A DNA stretch of 47,134 nt, the filler included, from Streblomastix strix (lineage: Eukaryota): assembly GCA_008636045.1 (NCBI GenBank). It is 2 parts of 2 records of this genome, joined end to end, with 100 filler letters (N's around TTAATTAATTAA, not from the genome) between each part and the next. Parts side by side here need not be neighbours in the genome. Positions count along the whole stretch, not along the records: positions 23,622 to 47,134 come from SNRW01000276.1; 1 more part is not named here. The stretch is one strand, 5' to 3'. Positions 41,122-47,134 of the stretch are shown piece by piece (positions within the stretch are counted from its first letter, which is position 1; each line of letters starts with the position of its first letter). A program made the translations under genes and the position numbers. Under the pieces are notes generated by a model, which worked only from the letters and a program-made list of their open reading frames with translations, searched no databases and had not been told where the DNA came from.

Positions 41122-41445
41122 ATGGCACCAGGTTTGTTTTCAAAAATTAAAGCAATTGCATAAAAACTCGGAACTGGATTACAATGGGTAAATGAAAAAA
41201 TTGTTAAACCGTACATTCTCCCAACTGCAAACTTACTTGCACCAGCACTTGGACCTGTTGGAGGAATGATAACTAAAGGAATTAGTTTAGGATCATCAAC
41301 GATAGATGCATTTGGAGGTAAAGGATCAAAATAAAAAGTAAAAGATAACTTTAATGACTTCCGTAATGATACATTTGTTAAGTAGAATTTACCAATTGAA
41401 TCGTTAAGTAGAAGAATAAAACTTATTGGATAAGAAATTAAATGA
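41122..41445 (+). CDS. Small basic protein (107 aa) with N-terminal amphipathic helix; candidate membrane-penetration/cement protein
   Basis: MAPGLFSKIKAIAQKLGTGLQWVNEKIVKP...; lies immediately upstream of the putative MCP. Confidence 0.6.
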
Positions 41446-41474
41446 ACATCTATGTATAAATTATAATTAATTGA

Positions 41475-41485
41475 TTATTTTTGTT
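41475..41485 (+). promoter_or_regulatory. TTATTTTTGTT motif upstream of MCP; candidate late promoter shared by the structural genes
   Basis: The same 11-mer occurs at 35630, 39372 and 41079, with variants at 43238 and 43773, each 12-33 nt before an ATG. Confidence 0.55.
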
Positions 41486-41500
41486 CTTTCACAAATCAGT

Positions 41501-43213
41501 ATGAATCGTTTTCTATCAAAAGCAATATAAGTATAATCGTTGAATACAATTGAAGGAGTACTTGAATCAAATGCTGTTACACCATTTAGAAATGATGGAG
41601 AACATCATTATTCAATTAAAGAGATTAAACCTGAATCACAGATGCCAGCATTGTTTGACAAAGAAATTACAATAAGTTTATCTGACAGTGATCATGACAT
41701 TACATAGATATAGAATTCATTCTTATCAATTGTTATGACTGCAAATCTATTGTTTGATAATAAATTTGAAGGATTTGAAGATGCATACAAGGATGGAGTT
41801 ATATTATTTGTAGGATTGAAGTCAGGAAGCAATATCATTCGAGAATACACGGTTTATCATCGTGGAAGAACTATTGATGGAAGCTTGTAGAATGATGCAA
41901 CAACTGAATCATTCATCTATAACACCATTAAGCCAAAGTCAGAGAAAAATAATAGAAAACATATCCATTCATTATATGAAAATATCCATAAGTTTGATAC
42001 ATCAGCTTGTGGAACTTATATTACAATGAGAGAGATTGAAGAAGCAATTGCAGATTAAGGAAATGTTCCATATAAAATGCCAGTTAGATTTAGAGTTTCT
42101 GTACCTTTAGATGATCTGTTGATATTCTCAGCTTTCACTGATTATCCAAATGGAATGTTTGGAGATCTTAAGATTAAATTCAAGATCAATCCTAATGCAT
42201 TTGTTTATGCATAAGTTAATCCTATTGTATCACTTGCAAAATATTATACAATGAATAAAGATGAATTGCTAAGTTCAGGATAATAAAAATTAATGGATAT
42301 TGATCTTTTCTTCCGTAATTGGAGCCTAACATTCTAGTATACTAATTAATTCACATAGCTTGGATGTACTGCTGATTTAATCACTGGTATCAGAGCTGAA
42401 TAATTAACTCCTAGTGGATTAAAGAATTTGATTTGTGATATTGCTCCAGTAACCATTTCTATGATGAATTACGTAGTAACTGAAGTAACTGCAAATATGG
42501 CTGGATATAAAGCAACTGATGAATGCTTAAATAGAGTAAGAGCATTTTATTCAACTCGTCCATTTGTAGTTCCTGCTTAGAGAGTTGAAATATGGCCATT
42601 CCCAACTTCTGCAACACTTACTGGAATAAGAACTTCTTAAAATATTCCATTATCTCATGTTACAGATTTCTGTCTTCTATTTCCAAAAGATGCTAGAGCT
42701 ACAACTTGCTTTGAGAATCCATGCTATCATAATATGTAATTAACAACTTGTGGAAGAAACTTCCCAGATATGCCCATGAATACTACTGATTAATAATTCT
42801 TCCAATTACAATTGAATGCAAGTAACTTGGATCTATTATTTGAAGCAACTGATGAATTTGAAGATGCATTGACAACTCCAAGAAACACAGCAACAAGAAG
42901 ACTTAATCCACATACAGATTTAACTTCTTTCATGATTACTTTACAATGTGAAAGGAATAGTAACGGAGCATTAACTTTTGATGGACTTGATACTAAGAAT
43001 CAAAATACTTCTGTAGAACTTCGTGGTGCACCAATTTTCCAAGGAGTAACTGATTGTTACTATAATGTAGATACAGCAGGAAAAAGACCTCCTCCTCCTA
43101 TTCTATGTACAGTTCATGATACTTTCTGGTTGTTTAGTCCAAATCAAGGAGGTTCATGTGTTTATGATACAACTCATTCATTTGATGAAGTTATTGGAAG
43201 TGTTACAGCTTGA
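41501..43213 (+). CDS. Probable major capsid protein (570 aa, double jelly-roll inferred)
   Basis: Single frame MNRFLSKAIQ...EVIGSVTA-TGA. It is beta-rich (VRFRVSVPL, DLKIKFKINP, DFCLLFP, SFMITLQCE), its size fits a DJR capsid protein, and it sits beside the penton-like gene and ATPase. The fold is not verified. Confidence 0.65.
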
Positions 43214-43259
43214 AATACATAAATATGAAGTTTAATATTATTTTTGCAATGAATGAAAC

Positions 43260-43682
43260 ATGATTGTTGCGCCAAATAAGAAACATTTTATAATAACTCG
43301 TGAACATACTTAAATCTAAGATAGATCATTCAAAAGAAGATTACCAACAGAATTTGTAAATTCACATGATGAAAGAAGAATAACATTCGTTTAATGTATA
43401 ATTCCATGGAAAATTAAAAAATATTATCATGATATGTACTTATATGATGATCCTGATACAACTCCAACTGAACAACGTAAAACTTCATTACATTCAACAA
43501 TAGTATAAGAAGAATAATATAATGACTATTACGTTGGAATGTGTGATGAATAAAGAGCTTCAAAAGTCTTTCAGTAAATGAATCATGCTCCATATATTTA
43601 CTTCTGGTTTAAGGATTAAGATGGAAATTTACTTGATGTGGATCATATGGACTTTATATTAGAATTGGAGCTAGAATATTGA
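43260..43682 (+). CDS. Probable minor capsid protein/penton (140 aa, single jelly-roll inferred)
   Basis: The C-terminus IYFWFKDQDGNLLDVDHMDFILELELEY resembles the hxhxhxDxxGxxhD...hxhxL ending of Polinton/virophage pentons, and the gene directly follows the MCP. Confidence 0.6.
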
Positions 43683-43816
43683 AAACTGTAAGTTTACAAA
43701 ATCAAAGATTTAGCGACAAGTTGACATAGTCGCAATAATGCTTCGCATTTCTGATTATAATATGATAACTAATTATTTTTCTTGTAATGAAACATTGCGA
43801 CACATTGTGACTCAAG

Positions 43817-44215
43817 ATGACTCGAATTATCTTTGATAATCGTGCAGGTAGTCGCACTAGGACTCCATTAAAGTTATCCGTTGAAATCATTCCAGAAATA
43901 TAAATCATGGAGAAATTTAATCCAGATCCCATAGTATTTGAGAATGTAACGGAGTTCAAGTAATATCTAGCATTAAACAAGGCAGAAATGGAAAAAATGT
44001 CAACATTGAAATTGAATATGTAATTTAAAATTAAAGGAGGTTATAGAATTATAAGATTGAAAGGATAAATATCTTTGCGATTATGGCCAAAAGAATAAAA
44101 ATTGGAAAGATAATCAGAAACTATTGATTAGATGTAGAATCTTGACCAAAGGCTAGAATCATTAATTGCTGCTTTATTAAGTAAAAATATAATAACTGAA
44201 GAAGATTTGAATTGA
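43817..44215 (+). CDS. Hypothetical viral protein (132 aa) with C-terminal coiled coil
   Basis: Open frame MTRIIFDNRAGSRTRTP...LESLIAALLSKNIITEEDLN-TGA, convergent with the ATPase. Confidence 0.6.
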
Positions 44216-44228
44216 AAATTATTTTATA

Positions 44229-45005
44229 TCATTATATGACCGATATAGTAGTACCATCTTCATTATATTTAACCAATAATGCTTCTCTTTTTGCAAGTTA
44301 TACATACTAACTCCAAAGTTCTTCCTTATCAATTGGAATTGATGATTAATAGAAGAATAAATTGAATTTCTATCTTTTAAATGCACCAAAGAAATAAATT
44401 GAATCCACATTTGACTTAATTGCTGCATCTAATCCTATAATATCTTGTAAACAAAGGAAATAAGTAATTCTTGGTTATCTATTCTTAAATAGCTTCTTGA
44501 AAAGTGGGCTCATCTTATTTTTGAAAATGGACATTGCATCATCAAATAAAACAATAGTATGAGGAGATTTAATTTTGAAATCTGTAGCTCCAACAGCATC
44601 AAGAATTTCTTTGCGAGATGTTTCGTCTAATTAATCAGTAAGATGTTATTCAATTACTTAATCATACGCTTATTTACATTCTATTAGATCATCAAGTGTA
44701 GCATCTGCTTATGAATATGTTATTATTTTTGTAGGTATCTTAATCAAATTTTTCATTTTCTTATATGTTTAGTCATTATTAGTGTCAGTTACATAGATAA
44801 ATAAAGTGTAACAATGATTTTTCAACTAACTTAATTTAATTATTTCTTTGAAGACGTTATAAGTCTTTCCGCTACTTCGTTATCCAATGAGTAGATTTAT
44901 AGAATTATATGTAAAATTTATCTCTGGATGAATGATAGACTATGTATCATGTCTATTTTCATTGATATTCTCTAAAAGAGAGTTAACATGCTTTGTTAAT
45001 GACAT
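44229..45005 (-). CDS. A32/FtsK-HerA-type DNA packaging ATPase (258 aa)
   Basis: Walker A LLIGQRSSGKT, Walker B IVLFDD, Arg motif KNRQPRITYFLCLQ, then IKSNVDSIYFF. Confidence 0.88.
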
Positions 45006-45270
45006 TTCTACTTAAAATTCTTCGTAAGAGTACTTTGCTATTACTTTAAAGATCTTATGAATGCGACTACACGAAGTTCGTCGCTAAATCTTCGATTTTG
45101 AAAAAATCACTTGTAAATTCGTAGTTAAACAATCTAATAAATTAAATGATTTTTATTATTAATTTTATTTTTTAAATTTTTTCTAAAAAATTTTTATTGA
45201 AATTTTTTCACTAATGAACTTTTTCATTTGAAAATTCATTTTAATTTTCTTCGAAAGACGGTTAAGAAAA

Positions 45271-45972
45271 ATGAAAAAGTCAAATTTTACGCTATCTCCT
45301 GCATAAATTTTCGCAAATACTTTCATCGATAATGTTTTGAAACGTGATGTTATCAATTGCACTCGTAAATTTTATATGATTTCCCACGAAAAGTTAGATG
45401 AATTAAAGTAACTAATTAAGAAAACAGATATAGTGAATATAAGTATTAAAAATCTTAATTATATTATTAAAAGAGCAATGTATCTAGGAAATAGAACAGA
45501 AGCTGAAGATGATGATAATTTATCAGATAAATATTATTAAATTTATTAAGATATTGATTTAAATATCTAACGAACTAAATTTATTTTAAAAAATTTCCTG
45601 AAAATTAATTAAAAAGAATTAGAAGTAATAATTAATAGCAACAAAGATAAAACATTGAATTAATTATTGGTTATTTATAATGTTCCTAATGATTTAAATG
45701 AAGTACTAGGTGACCAAGATGGATTTTACTATGAAATCAACAAATCCATCTTAGTACCTAATGATTATGGTGTTCCTAATATAATTCCTAATAAAATCTA
45801 AGATGATACTATCAATCCTAATCCAAATGATTAATCAAGATACTTTTAACACTATCGATTAAATGATCCATTAGACGAACAAGATTTTGATTTTGATGAT
45901 AATGAAATTGATTCATAAGTTGATATTGATGATGAAGATTATATCGATTATGGTAATGAAGGAGATGATTGA
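45271..45972 (+). CDS. Hypothetical protein (233 aa) with acidic C-terminus; last ORF of the element
   Basis: Open frame MKKSNFTLSP...DDEDYIDYGNEGDD-TGA, intronless and divergent from the ATPase. Confidence 0.6.
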
Positions 45973-46065
45973 ATAAATTAAAAATATTTAATTAATATTT
46001 TTTTTTAATTTTTTTTATTTACCATTATTTTTATTTATATTTACATATATTCTAATCACAATATT

Positions 46066-46363
46066 TTTAGTAAATCAACGAGCGATGAGCCAGAGAAGAC
46101 ATCAAAACTGAGCTCTACCAATGCGAAATTTGGTTAATTTTTGCTCTACCAGATGCGAAACATGCTTAATTTTTTGTCTACCAGATGAAATCGCTCGTTG
46201 AAACACGTTTTCAAACGTTATGTAAAATGAGCTCTTCAAAACAGTAATCTCTCGTTGATTTACTAAATTTGACGCTAAAAACCATGTCTACCAATTTGAT
46301 GACATCATTTTTGATGTCTAAAACGCAAATCACTCGTTGATTAGCCTTGGTAGACAAAAAATT
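46066..46363. repeat. Subterminal block of nested direct and inverted repeats (mirror of 24393-24690)
   Basis: Repeated TCTACCA/TGGTAGA and CTCGTTGA/TCAACGAG motifs, including perfect 16-bp and 17-bp inverted pairs. Confidence 0.75.
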
Positions 46364-46642
46364 AGATGTTGACACGACGCCCGTCTTTCCTATATTATTA
46401 TTTTAGAAAATTGCTTTTAAACAGTGATCCCTTTAAGAATTTTTAAGTACTTACAAAAAAATTTGTGTCCTTGCATTTGTCTATAAAATTATATATTTAC
46501 TGTCATTTTAACTAACATTTAATCCGAGTGAAATAATTTTTCTATATATTTGTTTGACTAACGTGGCATTTTATGATATCTACATAATAATCATTTTTTC
46601 ACCCACATTTTAACATTGCATAAATAATAATTTATCTTTTTT

Positions 46643-47134
46643 ATGTTGCAGTAAAGATCACCATAAGATAAGCTTCATATTATGAGCAAACTCTCTCCTG
46701 AGAAGCAAGAGTTGATCAGATAAGATTAGATTGCAATTTCTCAGCTTCTTGGCTTAAAGGTTATTCATATTTCTTTAATATAAATAATATAATTGTTTTG
46801 ATTTTATTATATGTAGAACCCATAGCCTTTGGGAGCTGGAGAGTGGGGCCGTGTTTATCATGCTCAGGACTTAAATGGTTTTTTTTATTCTCTTTATTGC
46901 TTTCTTTAAAAATTTAAAAATATTTTTCATTATATTCAATATTCTTTTTTATTTCATTTGATATATTATTTTCTTTGTTTCATTAAAAATATTATTTTCA
47001 ATTATTTTAATTTCATATATTCAGATAAATTAATAGCAGTAAAGAGTTAAAGCGCAGAAGAGTATTTAGATTAAGAATATGCAGCCGCAGAGATATTGAA
47101 TTAATTACCAACGGAATATTTCATCAAATCTTTT
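46643..47134 (+). CDS. 5' part of a host protein kinase (introns 46760-46816 and 46878-47024), truncated at the window end
   Basis: Spliced translation ...QLLGLK|NPQPLGAGEWGRVYHAQDLN|DKLIAVKSQSAEEYLDQEYAAAEIL shows the Gly-rich loop, VAVK-like lysine and alphaC Glu. The start is 46643 or 46682. Confidence 0.75.

Larger units (their letters stand above)
35277..46390 (+). mobile_element. Endogenous Polinton-like/virophage-like DNA virus, partial (morphogenesis module and one end); mirrored at ~24366-35276
   Basis: Densely packed intronless ORFs include an A32-type packaging ATPase, probable MCP, penton and fibres. A subterminal repeat block abuts an intron-containing host gene. The exact right boundary is not determined. 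Confidence 0.8.
23622..47134. repeat. Giant inverted repeat: arms 23622-35276 and 35480-47134 (11,655 bp each), spacer 35277-35479 (203 bp)
   Basis: Every ORF-track entry has an identical mirror with coordinates summing to 70756. The termini aaaagatttgatg / catcaaatctttt are reverse complements, and symmetry ends at ...ataagaatct / agattcttat... Confidence 0.97.

Noticed and set aside
23622..47134. Arms as genuine terminal inverted repeats of one complete element
   Set aside because: The arms contain all the genes plus host kinase sequence and enclose only 203 bp. No polymerase, integrase or protease is present.

Overview
AT-rich eukaryotic DNA with spliceosomal introns. It uses a non-standard code in which TAA/TAG = Gln and only TGA is stop, which is why the supplied ORF track is fragmented. 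The style resembles oxymonad/metamonad protists such as Streblomastix (inference). An artificial N-TTAATTAATTAA-N linker (23522-23621) joins two pieces. The left piece carries a decayed DIRS-type retrotransposon, a HECT ligase pseudogene, a 21-bp minisatellite, a papain-like surface protein, a large coiled-coil/ARM gene, a DHHC-family palmitoyltransferase with a DHFC motif, a GGA-repeat beta-helix membrane protein and a gene fragment. The right piece (23622-47134) is one giant palindrome: two 11,655-bp arms (x pairs with 70756-x) around a 203-bp spacer. Each arm holds an intronless morphogenesis module of a Polinton-like/virophage-like DNA virus read in the host's TAR=Gln code. The module comprises an A32/FtsK-type packaging ATPase, a probable major capsid protein, a probable penton, an amphipathic protein-VI-like ORF, a 1208-aa phage-like fibre and a second fibre-head-like protein. 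It also has a shared upstream motif and a terminal nested-repeat block next to an intron-containing host kinase gene. The palindrome is most likely a fold-back (amplification/assembly) product that truncates the element. All translations were done by hand, and no database searches were run.
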